From contig JBBQFN010000025.1 of the NCBI GenBank assembly GCA_038321985.1, positions 11,140-75,139 on the forward strand: a DNA stretch of 64,000 nt, written 5' to 3'. A model generated the notes under the pieces. That model saw nothing but the letters and a program-made list of their open reading frames with translations. It had not been told where the DNA came from and ran no database searches. Below are positions 49,472 through 58,632 of the stretch, piece after piece (within the stretch, counting starts at the first letter, position 1; each line of letters starts with the position of its first letter). Source of the stretch: Cyanophyceae cyanobacterium (GTDB lineage Bacteria; Cyanobacteriota; Cyanobacteriia; Cyanobacteriales; Laspinemataceae). Made by a program: the position numbers and the translations under genes.

Positions 49472-51973
49472 TTAGGGCGGAGATTGGGGATAAATCGGAA
49501 TAAGTCCTGTGCGATCGAGTAGGTTTTGAACTTCTAAGGTAGTTAGAATTTCGGCAAATTTTTCTCCGACGGAGGGAAGACGGTTATCCCGGGGATAAAT
49601 CACCACCAAAGGATAGGCTAAGGGATAGTAATTTTGAGAAAATGCCGTCACATTCGGGCTATAACTGCCTTTATTATTGCACAAGTCAGTCACGGGAGAA
49701 ATCGGTTGGTTATCGAGATTTTTAACTAAGGGAGAAACAGGCAGTTGGTTTCCTTCGCTTAAAGCGAGGGGATAAACAGAACATTGTCCAAAGACTTTAC
49801 TTAAGGTGGCAAATCCAATACTCCCTATATTTCTATCCTCAAAATCTCGGATGACAGTTCGTAGCATCGAGAAGGTGGTAAGGGGGGTAATCGTTGCGGG
49901 AATTCTGACTAGGGTATTGGCGGATATTGGGGCTTCGAGGAGATTGTGAAAGTCAGCGATCGCTCGTTCATCTTTGAGCACTCGCTGTTCAAAGACTCGT
50001 AACGCTTCTTCTTCATTGGGAATATACAGTTTAACGGGAAGATTGGGACCGCCTAATTCTTGCCAATTTCTAATTTTGCCCGTATAAAGTTGCCGTAATT
50101 GGTCGAAAGTAATGCTCCCCTTTAAACGTTGAGGAAGTCCATTTTTTCGACGAGAATAGCTGAATGGAACGAAAACAACGATGCCATCATAGGCAAATTC
50201 TTGATAGCCGATTTGAGTGTGAATTAAATTATTGTAGGCTGTGCGAGCATTGGCTAAATTGGTAATGGCAAAGTCAGTTTCTCCGGATAAAACCTTGGCG
50301 ATCGCCTCGCTTGAAGAGGATTCAGGTAAATAGCGAAAGCTGTATTTTGGCGGTTCGCTGGGGTCTTCCGGTTGAAAGCGTTGTTGCAAATCTTGCTCCA
50401 ATGTTCTCCCGGGAGCAATTAAATTTGGTTGCTGGAGTAGATAGCTCCAAGTGCCATTTACAGAGGCAGTATAGGTGAAATTTCCGAGGGGAATACCCGC
50501 TACTTTGTCAACACAACAAACCGGGTCTTTTGCCACAGTTTTTTGCTGCCGAGTCACTATGGCCCACCAAATTAACAGTGCCAATAAAATAAAACCTAGA
50601 CTTGCCAATAAAAAGGCTAAAAGTCGGGTGCGTTGACGGCGTTTTTTTTCAACGGTTTCAATGACGAGTGCTTCTGGTATTCCCAAAGGAATTATCGTGT
50701 CCTCTCTAATCCACCATTCCCTGGCTAATTTTAAGAGAGTTTCTCGCGCCAATTGAGCAGTTTCAAATTTGTGAGTTCCCAGTCCAATTAAGTTTAAAAT
50801 AAAATCTTTCATTCCAAGAGGGATGCCCAAAGGCCAATCCTCCTCTACCCTGGGGTCGATTTCTTGGTCCGTTTTGGGGTTAAAAGTACGTCCGCTTAAT
50901 AAATAAAAGGCGATATATCCTAATGCTTTTAAATCTTGTTGGGGAGAGGAATAGGCCGAGTCTGATAAAATAGGTTGTCCAAAATTCTCCCAAAGGGATA
51001 GATCACATAAATAGATAAAAAATCCTTGGGTATTGGGAACAAATATTAGACTATCTAAACTGAGGTTTCCATGAATGATTCCTTGTTTCAATGCACCGGA
51101 CCGTAGCCGAAATTTTTGCTCATGGAGAAACTCTAAACTTTGTAATACTTGGTCGAGGACTTGACGAACTTGGGGGCTAGTAATAGCTCCCGTTTGTAAG
51201 AGGTAGCTGGACAGGGTGGGGAAGGCGTCAATTTGTCCTTTGGTGACGAGATAGCAGCGTTCTTCCCGTAAGGGGGCGATCGCTTCCCAAGGAGAAATCA
51301 CCCGCTGGTCCTGAACTCGACCATCGGCTAAATTAATCCCCGCAACCAACCGAAATAAGTCTTTGCGCTGGCGAATTTCTTCGGAGTTAAAATAGCGTTT
51401 TGGCAAGACATATTCTTTGAGAATAACAGGTTGGCGATCGCTGAGTTGGATCGCTTCATACAGCCGTCCCATTCCCCGATGGCGCAGCAATTTTTCAATT
51501 TGGTAAGTTCCGCGATCGCCTCGAATTTTGGTTTCCGGTGCTAAGGGAACCAAAAACCCACATTGTCGGCAATATTTGGCTTGGGGTTTGGCTTCCTGGG
51601 TCTGTTGAGCCACTTCACAGTATAAGGGATTTCCTCGGACACAATCATACTTTGAATAAAGGGGTTGAACCGATTGAATAACTTCCGGTAGGATACCTAT
51701 TTCTATTTCTGGGGCGAGTTGCTGCGACTGTTTCGTCATGTCTTGGTTTTGACGAAATATTCCCGGCAGCTTGAATTTTAATTCCGGCAGTTTGGGGGGT
51801 TCAATCTTTAAGTTTTGCTGCACGAAGGGAATCACCCATTGAAATCGAGCAGGGAGGAATCGAAACAGGCGGTTCTTCATACCCATTTTCACGGAAGAAC
51901 CCCGCATAATGATGCGACTGATTTCTCGGCTACCGGCTTCTTGGGCTAATTTTTTGCCAATTTCTTTAGACAT
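49472..51973 (-). CDS. Ser/Thr kinase-like (probable pseudokinase), TM, PstS-like substrate-binding domain
   Basis: Zn ribbon C...C...YCRQCG. Kinase lobe RGMGRLYEA, VILKEY, IIHGNLS, LCDLSLWE, DLKALG. TM LLAFLLASLGFILLALLIWWAIV. PBP motifs AYDGIVVFV, ITFDQLRQLYTGKIRNWQELGGPNLPV, YPLAYPL. Confidence 0.85.
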   Translation of the reverse strand: MSKEIGKKLAQEAGSREISRIIMRGSSVKMGMKNRLFRFLPARFQWVIPFVQQNLKIEPPKLPELKFKLPGIFRQNQDMTKQSQQLAPEIEIGILPEVIQSVQPLYSKYDCVRGNPLYCEVAQQTQEAKPQAKYCRQCGFLVPLAPETKIRGDRGTYQIEKLLRHRGMGRLYEAIQLSDRQPVILKEYVLPKRYFNSEEIRQRKDLFRLVAGINLADGRVQDQRVISPWEAIAPLREERCYLVTKGQIDAFPTLSSYLLQTGAITSPQVRQVLDQVLQSLEFLHEQKFRLRSGALKQGIIHGNLSLDSLIFVPNTQGFFIYLCDLSLWENFGQPILSDSAYSSPQQDLKALGYIAFYLLSGRTFNPKTDQEIDPRVEEDWPLGIPLGMKDFILNLIGLGTHKFETAQLARETLLKLAREWWIREDTIIPLGIPEALVIETVEKKRRQRTRLLAFLLASLGFILLALLIWWAIVTRQQKTVAKDPVCCVDKVAGIPLGNFTYTASVNGTWSYLLQQPNLIAPGRTLEQDLQQRFQPEDPSEPPKYSFRYLPESSSSEAIAKVLSGETDFAITNLANARTAYNNLIHTQIGYQEFAYDGIVVFVPFSYSRRKNGLPQRLKGSITFDQLRQLYTGKIRNWQELGGPNLPVKLYIPNEEEALRVFEQRVLKDERAIADFHNLLEAPISANTLVRIPATITPLTTFSMLRTVIRDFEDRNIGSIGFATLSKVFGQCSVYPLALSEGNQLPVSPLVKNLDNQPISPVTDLCNNKGSYSPNVTAFSQNYYPLAYPLVVIYPRDNRLPSVGEKFAEILTTLEVQNLLDRTGLIPIYPQSPP

Positions 51974-52061
51974 AATTTGGTTATTTTTTAAAACTTGTTT
52001 TAAAATTTAAGGGAATATTTCAGTTTTCAGACTGATATTGAATGTTTGGAGGAATTTAAAA

Positions 52062-52271
52062 ATGACCCTACCCGAGGTTGTTCGACTGTTTAGAGATGTT
52101 CAAGCCAATCCTTCCCTTAAAGAAAAATATAATTCTGCTCCCAGTTTAGATAAATTAGTTGCGATGGCTCGTCAAGATGGATATGATTTTACGACCGAGG
52201 AATGGGTGGAAGCAACCCAGTTTAAGGTGGAAGAATTAGAGTCAAAGTTATCGGAAATTCCTGGAATTTAA
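52062..52271 (+). CDS. Nif11-like leader-peptide domain protein
   Basis: EVVRLFRDVQANPSLKEK.......LVAMARQDGYDFTTEEW; GGAGG RBS before ATG 52062. Confidence 0.75.
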   Translation: MTLPEVVRLFRDVQANPSLKEKYNSAPSLDKLVAMARQDGYDFTTEEWVEATQFKVEELESKLSEIPGI

Positions 52272-52281
52272 CTGTTACAAA

Positions 52282-52304
52282 AAGGCACGGCCATGCCGTG
52301 CCTT
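52282..52304. terminator. Hairpin between convergent genes (terminator or REP-like)
   Basis: AAGGCACGG-CCATG-CCGTGCCTT. Confidence 0.6.
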
Positions 52305-52307
52305 GGC

Positions 52308-53123
52308 TTAGACGGGCTTTCCATCAACTTTGACCTGACCTTGGTCACATTCAAGATACAGATCGGAGCCTAAGGGTGCAAAAGTAATTCCAAATTTTGC
52401 AAAATCAAATTCTGCGGCTTTGGCACTGGCAATCAGGGATTTTCGCAAGGTATTTAAGGCGGTTGTATATTGCCCAACTTCTTCTCCCGTTTGACCTTCT
52501 AACTTGCGCCGATTACGTTCTGAAATCAGCCGGTTGATTTCGATTTGGATCTGTTGAACATGACCATCTAATCCCCCTGGAGTGCGAAACAAATCCGCGA
52601 CTCGTTCCCGTTTTAGGGTTTCTAACCAGCGCGTGGGTTCGATGTAGGGGTCACTGATATTATGGCGATCGTCTACTTGCGCTTGTCTATCTTTTCCCTT
52701 TCGTTGAATCTCTGGGACCGGTGCAGCATTGACGGTTAATTCCTCCTCGGGAGTTTGAACTATTGCTTGGGTTTGGAGTTCTTCGTCTTCCTTGAGTTGG
52801 ACTGTCTCGGGGGTTTGAACTGTTGCCTCGGCATCCGGCTTTATAGACTCTGCCTCTGATTCTTGGCGATCGCCACCCTGACGCTGAATTGTGGACTTGA
52901 CTCCCGGGGTTTCCGATTCCTGCGGGGGAAAGATATCAATCTTGGCAAAGTTGAAACCCTGGCGCTTTTTCCCCTCGGATGCAGCTTGGACCCCCGGAGT
53001 CTGTTCCGCAGATGCCTCGGTTGGTGAGGGGAAAGGACGCGACTCAAATTGACCCTCTACTGTAGAGGCTTGGGGATATTTTTTGTTATTTTTGCGCTGA
53101 ACTAGGGTTCTGATTTTTTTCAT
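52308..53123 (-). CDS. Hypothetical protein, candidate CIS cargo
   Basis: AGGAGGAG RBS before ATG 53123. Disordered N-terminus with FESRPF, GFNFAKIDIF and IQRQ/VQLK/IQRK motifs, then a ~125-aa unknown domain. Confidence 0.65.
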   Translation of the reverse strand: MKKIRTLVQRKNNKKYPQASTVEGQFESRPFPSPTEASAEQTPGVQAASEGKKRQGFNFAKIDIFPPQESETPGVKSTIQRQGGDRQESEAESIKPDAEATVQTPETVQLKEDEELQTQAIVQTPEEELTVNAAPVPEIQRKGKDRQAQVDDRHNISDPYIEPTRWLETLKRERVADLFRTPGGLDGHVQQIQIEINRLISERNRRKLEGQTGEEVGQYTTALNTLRKSLIASAKAAEFDFAKFGITFAPLGSDLYLECDQGQVKVDGKPV

Positions 53124-53244
53124 AAAGACTCCTCCTGGCAAGAGTTTCGCTTTTGCTACATCAATGGCCGTCAGATGGAATCCACCTATTTTACGGGACT
53201 CGTTTGGGGAGTCACATTGGACTTATGGCTAGTTATCGCAATAG

Positions 53245-53928
53245 TTACCGAGTGATTGGCGGTGGTGGGAGTGGCGGTGGCGGAAGGGGTGCCGGTGTGG
53301 GTGTGGGTTCAACTGCGGGTTCCGCTGCGGGTTCTGCGGGGGGACAACCGATTTCCGAGAGAGAACCATCGGGCATGATGGCGCGACAGAGGGAGGCGTC
53401 GATCAGGATAGTATTTCTGAGTTTGGCATCGGTTAAGTCGGCGCGTTCTAGATTAGCACCTTCTAGGTTGGCGGTGGAGAGGTCCGCTTCGGTTAAATCG
53501 GAGAGATAGAGATTGGCTTTAGGAAGAGAGGCCCCGACAAAGTTAACGAAATTGAATTCGGCATGAGGGGCGATCGCCCCATATAAATCCGCATCCCTTA
53601 AGTCAGCTTCATGCAAAATTGCACCACTGAGGTTGGTGACGATTAAGGAGGCACGATTAAGATTGGCCCCAATCAAGTTGGCGTCGAGAAGAGAGGCACC
53701 ATTGAGGTTGGCCCCGCTGAGATTGGCCCCGCTGAAGTTGACGCCGTTGAGGTTAGCCCCGCTGAGGTTGACGCCGCTGAGATTAGCCCCGCTGAGGTTG
53801 ACACCGCTGAGTTCGCAGTTGCGACACTCTCGGGTATTGAAGAGTTGTTGCAGGGGCATGGGGTTCTGGGCGCGCAGGGGAAAGGCGCTAGTCAGCAGGA
53901 TGGCGATCGCCAGGAGGATTGGTTTCAT
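53245..53928 (-). CDS. Secreted pentapeptide-repeat protein
   Basis: Signal peptide MKPILLAIAILLTSAFPLRA, ECRNCEL cap, (G/A)NLSG repeats, LCRAIMPDG and a Pro-rich tail. Confidence 0.92.
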   Translation of the reverse strand: MKPILLAIAILLTSAFPLRAQNPMPLQQLFNTRECRNCELSGVNLSGANLSGVNLSGANLNGVNFSGANLSGANLNGASLLDANLIGANLNRASLIVTNLSGAILHEADLRDADLYGAIAPHAEFNFVNFVGASLPKANLYLSDLTEADLSTANLEGANLERADLTDAKLRNTILIDASLCRAIMPDGSLSEIGCPPAEPAAEPAVEPTPTPAPLPPPPLPPPPITR

Positions 53929-54108
53929 GAATGCCTCAAGTTTGGCTATTCTCTTACCATTGTCTACCCCAGGTTTTCCACTTGGCTATTAGACGGAAGT
54001 GGAATGCGATCGGCTTTCTACTAGAAAGGGAGCATCGAGCTTCCCATTTTTATGAAAAACTGATTGAGACTCGCTCTATAATAATATTCACGGGTAATTG
54101 TTATCTCC

Positions 54109-55011
54109 ATGCGATATTCAGTTTTAAGTCGGTTTCAGGGAACCCTACTCGGTGCTAATATAGGCTATGGGATAGGAAAGGGGATGATTTCCTTGAGCGG
54201 ACGGGGGCTTGAAGTGTGTCCGACTCCTGGGGAAGATGAATACCTGGTAACGAGTGCGAAGAGTTTGATTCAAAATGGCGGATTGGATTCTTCTAGCTGG
54301 TGTGAGGCAGTCGCCTCGGTGTCTCAACGGTCCGAGGGAAGTGACTTGCCGGCAATCTTAGGGGCCGATCGCCTGATGGCTCTGCTTCCGGTTCTCCTCT
54401 TCTATCACGAACAATTAGAATTTTTGCGAACAACTTTATACCAGATTGGTGAGATTTTGTCAATCCCCTTAGCCGAAACCGATGGACTGGTGGCCTTGGG
54501 GTATGCGATCGCCACCAGTCTGACGGAACGCCTGAACCGGCACACTTTGATTGGAGAAACCATCGCCTATCTTCAGGACACTCCCTCCCCTCTGATTCCC
54601 CAACTGGCAACCGTGGAAACCCTCCTCGCCCAAGGGGCCTGTTTAGAACGGGTTCGAGAACAATTAGCCCGGACGGAGGGGACCGCCACTATCCCCTTTG
54701 CCCTAGGGTTTTACTGCCTTCTAAGTACCCTAGAAGACTTCCGATTATCGATCAGTCGTGCCACCCGGACGGGGAGTCCATCCGCTGTGACGACAATAAT
54801 CACGGGAATTTTGTCCGGGGCTTATAACAGCATTCCCGGCATCCCTTGGACCTGGCAACAGTGTCCATTGCCAACGGATCAAATGTTTCATCTGGGCGAT
54901 CGCCTTCTCGCCACCTGGTCTGGGGTTTATGATATCCAGTATCAACCGGAAGAAGCGATTCATTTTCGCGCCGTCGCCGCACCTAATGTCATTCGTCCCT
55001 GGCAACTCTAG
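54109..55011 (+). CDS. ADP-ribosylglycohydrolase-like protein (degenerate active site)
   Basis: SRFQGTLLG..IG at the N-terminus and ITGILSGAYNSIPGIP.TW at the C-terminus. The TDD and DxD metal motifs are not evident. Confidence 0.75.
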   Translation: MRYSVLSRFQGTLLGANIGYGIGKGMISLSGRGLEVCPTPGEDEYLVTSAKSLIQNGGLDSSSWCEAVASVSQRSEGSDLPAILGADRLMALLPVLLFYHEQLEFLRTTLYQIGEILSIPLAETDGLVALGYAIATSLTERLNRHTLIGETIAYLQDTPSPLIPQLATVETLLAQGACLERVREQLARTEGTATIPFALGFYCLLSTLEDFRLSISRATRTGSPSAVTTIITGILSGAYNSIPGIPWTWQQCPLPTDQMFHLGDRLLATWSGVYDIQYQPEEAIHFRAVAAPNVIRPWQL

Positions 55012-55184
55012 GCCCCGCCTCGTCTTGATACCCAGGCAACCCTGCCATCACAGCGGGTTTCTGCATACCCGATCCCCGGCTTTGGGGTTAAGATCTAGGC
55101 TGTTGAAGAGACCCTCTATAATAGTGCCTATGGCCTTGCCTTCTGATCCTAGCAATTCTCTATTTTGGAACAGGCACAAGATCC

Positions 55185-57725
55185 ATGAGATCAATTCATC
55201 TGCTGACTCAGCAACTCGAACAATGGGGAAAAGATTGCGCCAATATTTACTCGCGCAACCTCTCCCACCCCAAAGAACTTAAGAATGGGACCCTTTCAAA
55301 GAAGTCCTTTTCCTCGGGGCCTCACGAGTTACTACCCAAGCCCCATCAGGCTACTACGACACCTCCGCCTTGGAAAAGGGGAATCCAAGACCGGATGAAC
55401 AGTACCGTCCATTCTCCAGTAGCGCTTGTGTTGGCGGTAACTTGTTTGAGTGCCACCATCGGACAGCGTTTTTACAATCAGCCGCAACTGGATGTAGGCA
55501 CGGTTGCCCCACAAACCTTTATCGCCCCTGAAGATGCTAGGGTAGAGGACACGAAAACCACTGAAGATAATCGCAGGGCGGCCCGGATCGGGTCCAGTCC
55601 GGTTTTAATGATCGATCGCCCCGTCTCTCAGCAGATTGAGAAAGTCCTACAACGAGTATTGGATGAGGGGACCCAATTGCGCCAAGTCGGGGGGCAATTT
55701 CCCTTTGTGGATACTGCCATCTTGTCTACTTCCACCCAGCTTTATCTGCGACAGACGCAAGAGTGGGAATATAACGAGGTAGTGCGGGCAGCCGGAGAAG
55801 ATGCACTCATGGTGGATATCCCTGCCAATTCAACCCAGGACCCCAATAACTCGTCTCCGTCAGCTTGGGCGGTAAAACGGGGTCTGTTAACGGACTCCGG
55901 ACAGCAAGCGGTGAGAGAACTGCAAGCCTACCGCAAGCAATCCGGTTCTTCGCCGTTTACGGCGTTGATTGAGCAAATTTCCCAAACCCGTCAAACCTAC
56001 CGTTTAGCGGTGGCGGCGATCGCGGAGACTTCGAGTGTCGCCTCAACCCATATTTATGATCGTAATTTATTTGAAATTTCTGATGAAGAGTGGATCCAAA
56101 CTCAGCAGGGTCTACACAATGCTTTAGACCGGATGTTAGCCCAAGGGATTCCACCGGGACTGCCAAAAAACGTTTTACAAATGGCGGTGATGATGCAATT
56201 GGAGCCCGAAGTGCCTGCGATCGCCGTCGAACTCTCCCAAAATTTATTGTTAGAGGTCCTTCAGCCTAATTTAACCAAAGACCTCGAACGCACCCGAGTT
56301 CGCGCTGAACAAGCGGCCCTGGAAGTCAAACCAGTTTATGTGACGGTTGAACTCGGGGATACGATTGTCGAAAATGGGGAGACGATTTCTCAGGCGCAAT
56401 TCGTTCTCCTCGATCGCTTCGATATGAGTCGCCGGGAAATTAACTGGGTGGGACTGTTCGGGTTTGGCGGAACGGTGACGATCGCCTTGGGCATTTTTTG
56501 GCTGGCGGAACGGCGCGTTCATCCGACGTTACGACGGCGCGATCGGGGTTTGGTTTTACTCCTGTCTTTGAGTACACCCCTGCTTATTTCTCTAGGCATC
56601 CCTTACACCACCTTACCCGCAGTCGGATTATTACTCGGCAGTTTTTACGGGTCTCTCCTCGGGGGGACCGTGGTAGGACTTCTGAGCTTTTTGCTCCCCC
56701 TGGGCTTGGAAATTGAGTGGACCTATTTGCTGGCCAATGCTGCTGCCGGTTTAATTAGTGGACTCCTGGCCGGACGAATGCGATCGCGGGAAGAACTAGC
56801 AATGGTAGGGGGTGTGGCCGGTTTAACCCAAGGAGCAGTTTACCTAATTGGTACCCTAATTCCAAGCGCCACTGCTGGGACGATTTGGTACACTATCCTC
56901 GGTGCCGCTGGAGTTCAGGTGATCGCCGGTGTCTCCTGGAGTATCGTCGCCCTTGGGTTAAGTCCCTATCTCGAACATCTATTTGACCTGGTGACGCCCA
57001 TCCGTCTAGCTGAACTGGCTAACCCCAACCGCACCCTCTTAAAACGCTTGGCCTCAGAAGCCCCGGGAACCTTTCAACATACCCTCTTTGTCGCTACCCT
57101 CGCGGAAGCTGCGGCCAAGGAACTGGGCTGTAATGTAGAATTGGTTCGCACGGGCACTTTATACCATGACATCGGGAAAATGCACGACCCCCAAGGGTTT
57201 ATCGAAAATCAAATGGGTGGACCCAACAAGCATGATGAAATCGATGATCCCTGGGTGAGTGCAGCTATTATTAAAAAACACGTCACCGAAGGGCTGGTGA
57301 TGGCCCGGAAATTCCGCTTACCGAAAGCAATTCAAGCCTTTATCCCAGAACATCAAGGCACGATGTTGATTGCTTATTTTTATCATCAAGCTAAACAACG
57401 TGCCGAACAGGAAGGCAGAGAAGTCCGGGATGAAGATTTCCGCTATGATGGTCCGGTTCCGCAATCTCGGGAAACCGCGATTCTGATGTTAGCTGATTCT
57501 TGTGAGGCGGCCTTACGCAGTCTCAAAGATGTTACCCAAGAAGAAGCCCTCAACATGGTGAATAAAATTCTTAAAGCCCGTTGGCAAGACAATCAATTAA
57601 GTGAGTCCGGTCTGAAACGGGAAGAAATGCCAAAAATTGCCGAAATTTTTGTGAGGGTTTGGCAACAGTTCAACCACAAACGGATTGCCTATCCCAAAGC
57701 GGCATTGTCTCTCCAGACTAAGTAG
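55185..57725 (+). CDS. 7TM-HD phosphohydrolase (PgpH-like, putative c-di-AMP phosphodiesterase)
   Basis: Large extracytoplasmic domain, multi-TM block, EAPGTFQH, LYHDIGKM, FIENQ, IKKHV, EHQGT, FRYDGPVPQSRE, LADSCEAA. Confidence 0.88.
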   Translation: MRSIHLLTQQLEQWGKDCANIYSRNLSHPKELKNGTLSKKSFSSGPHELLPKPHQATTTPPPWKRGIQDRMNSTVHSPVALVLAVTCLSATIGQRFYNQPQLDVGTVAPQTFIAPEDARVEDTKTTEDNRRAARIGSSPVLMIDRPVSQQIEKVLQRVLDEGTQLRQVGGQFPFVDTAILSTSTQLYLRQTQEWEYNEVVRAAGEDALMVDIPANSTQDPNNSSPSAWAVKRGLLTDSGQQAVRELQAYRKQSGSSPFTALIEQISQTRQTYRLAVAAIAETSSVASTHIYDRNLFEISDEEWIQTQQGLHNALDRMLAQGIPPGLPKNVLQMAVMMQLEPEVPAIAVELSQNLLLEVLQPNLTKDLERTRVRAEQAALEVKPVYVTVELGDTIVENGETISQAQFVLLDRFDMSRREINWVGLFGFGGTVTIALGIFWLAERRVHPTLRRRDRGLVLLLSLSTPLLISLGIPYTTLPAVGLLLGSFYGSLLGGTVVGLLSFLLPLGLEIEWTYLLANAAAGLISGLLAGRMRSREELAMVGGVAGLTQGAVYLIGTLIPSATAGTIWYTILGAAGVQVIAGVSWSIVALGLSPYLEHLFDLVTPIRLAELANPNRTLLKRLASEAPGTFQHTLFVATLAEAAAKELGCNVELVRTGTLYHDIGKMHDPQGFIENQMGGPNKHDEIDDPWVSAAIIKKHVTEGLVMARKFRLPKAIQAFIPEHQGTMLIAYFYHQAKQRAEQEGREVRDEDFRYDGPVPQSRETAILMLADSCEAALRSLKDVTQEEALNMVNKILKARWQDNQLSESGLKREEMPKIAEIFVRVWQQFNHKRIAYPKAALSLQTK

Positions 57726-57756
57726 GGGGAAGGCAGAAATCATCCCCCGCTGGTAT

Positions 57757-58632
57757 TTAACCTTTGACTCCGGTCCCCGCATCCGTCGGGACGATATACT
57801 GCTGCAAGATTAAAAATAACAGTAACACTGGGGCGACTGCGATCGTTGAACCGGCAGCAATCAACCGCCAATCTAAGGAAAAAGTACCCTCTAATTTAGC
57901 CACACCCAGGGGTAATGTATAATATTCTGGGCGATCGATCACCAGTAACGGCCATAAAAAATCACTCCAGGACCCGATAAAGACAAATAACGCTAACGTT
58001 ATCAGGGCGGGTCTCACCGCAGGAATCATCACGTGCCACCAAATCCCTAATTCTGAACAGCCATCCATCCGGCCTGCTTCTTCTAATTCTTTCGGTACTC
58101 CCTGAAAGGCTTGGCGCAATAAGAATATCCCAAAAGCAGAAGCGAGGGAGGGAAAAATAATCCCTAAATAACTGTTTTTTAAACCTAATTGTACGGTTAA
58201 AATATACAAAGGAATCATCACAATTTGAAAGGGGATCATAATCGTGGAGACAATGCCAGAAAAAATTAGATTTCTACCCGGAAATTCTAATCGGGCCAGA
58301 GGATAAGCCGCTAAGGCGCAAAATAGCAAATTAAAGCCGACCGTGAGGACTGCGATCAGGGTACTATTAAAGAGATATTGTCCAAAGGGATTGGTTTGCC
58401 AGACCTTTACAAAGTTCTGAAAAGTAGGTTCGGTGGGGAGTAATTGAGGGGGAAATTGGAAGATATTTTCACTGGGGGATTTGAAGGCGGTGCTAATCAG
58501 CCAAATTAAAGGGAGGAGGGTAAGGAAGGCGATCGCACTCAAGAGTGCATAGAGGGCAAGTCGTTTCCATCCAGACTGGCTTCTCCAATGGGATTGGGGT
58601 TTGACGATTGATGTAGCGTGGGAAGATTTCAT
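57757..58632 (-). CDS. Carbohydrate ABC transporter permease
   Basis: About six TM segments, AAYPLARLEFPG, EAA loop PKELEEAGRMDGCS. Confidence 0.93.
   Translation of the reverse strand: MKSSHATSIVKPQSHWRSQSGWKRLALYALLSAIAFLTLLPLIWLISTAFKSPSENIFQFPPQLLPTEPTFQNFVKVWQTNPFGQYLFNSTLIAVLTVGFNLLFCALAAYPLARLEFPGRNLIFSGIVSTIMIPFQIVMIPLYILTVQLGLKNSYLGIIFPSLASAFGIFLLRQAFQGVPKELEEAGRMDGCSELGIWWHVMIPAVRPALITLALFVFIGSWSDFLWPLLVIDRPEYYTLPLGVAKLEGTFSLDWRLIAAGSTIAVAPVLLLFLILQQYIVPTDAGTGVKG

Noticed and set aside
52062..52271. RiPP biosynthetic cluster around the Nif11 gene
   Set aside because: No core peptide, LanM/YcaO/radical SAM enzyme or peptidase transporter in the window.
53153..53992. Plus-strand ORFs with RLAPL repeats (also 31263-31502 and 32180-32593)
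   Set aside because: These are antisense shadows of pentapeptide or Pro-rich coding regions on the minus strand.
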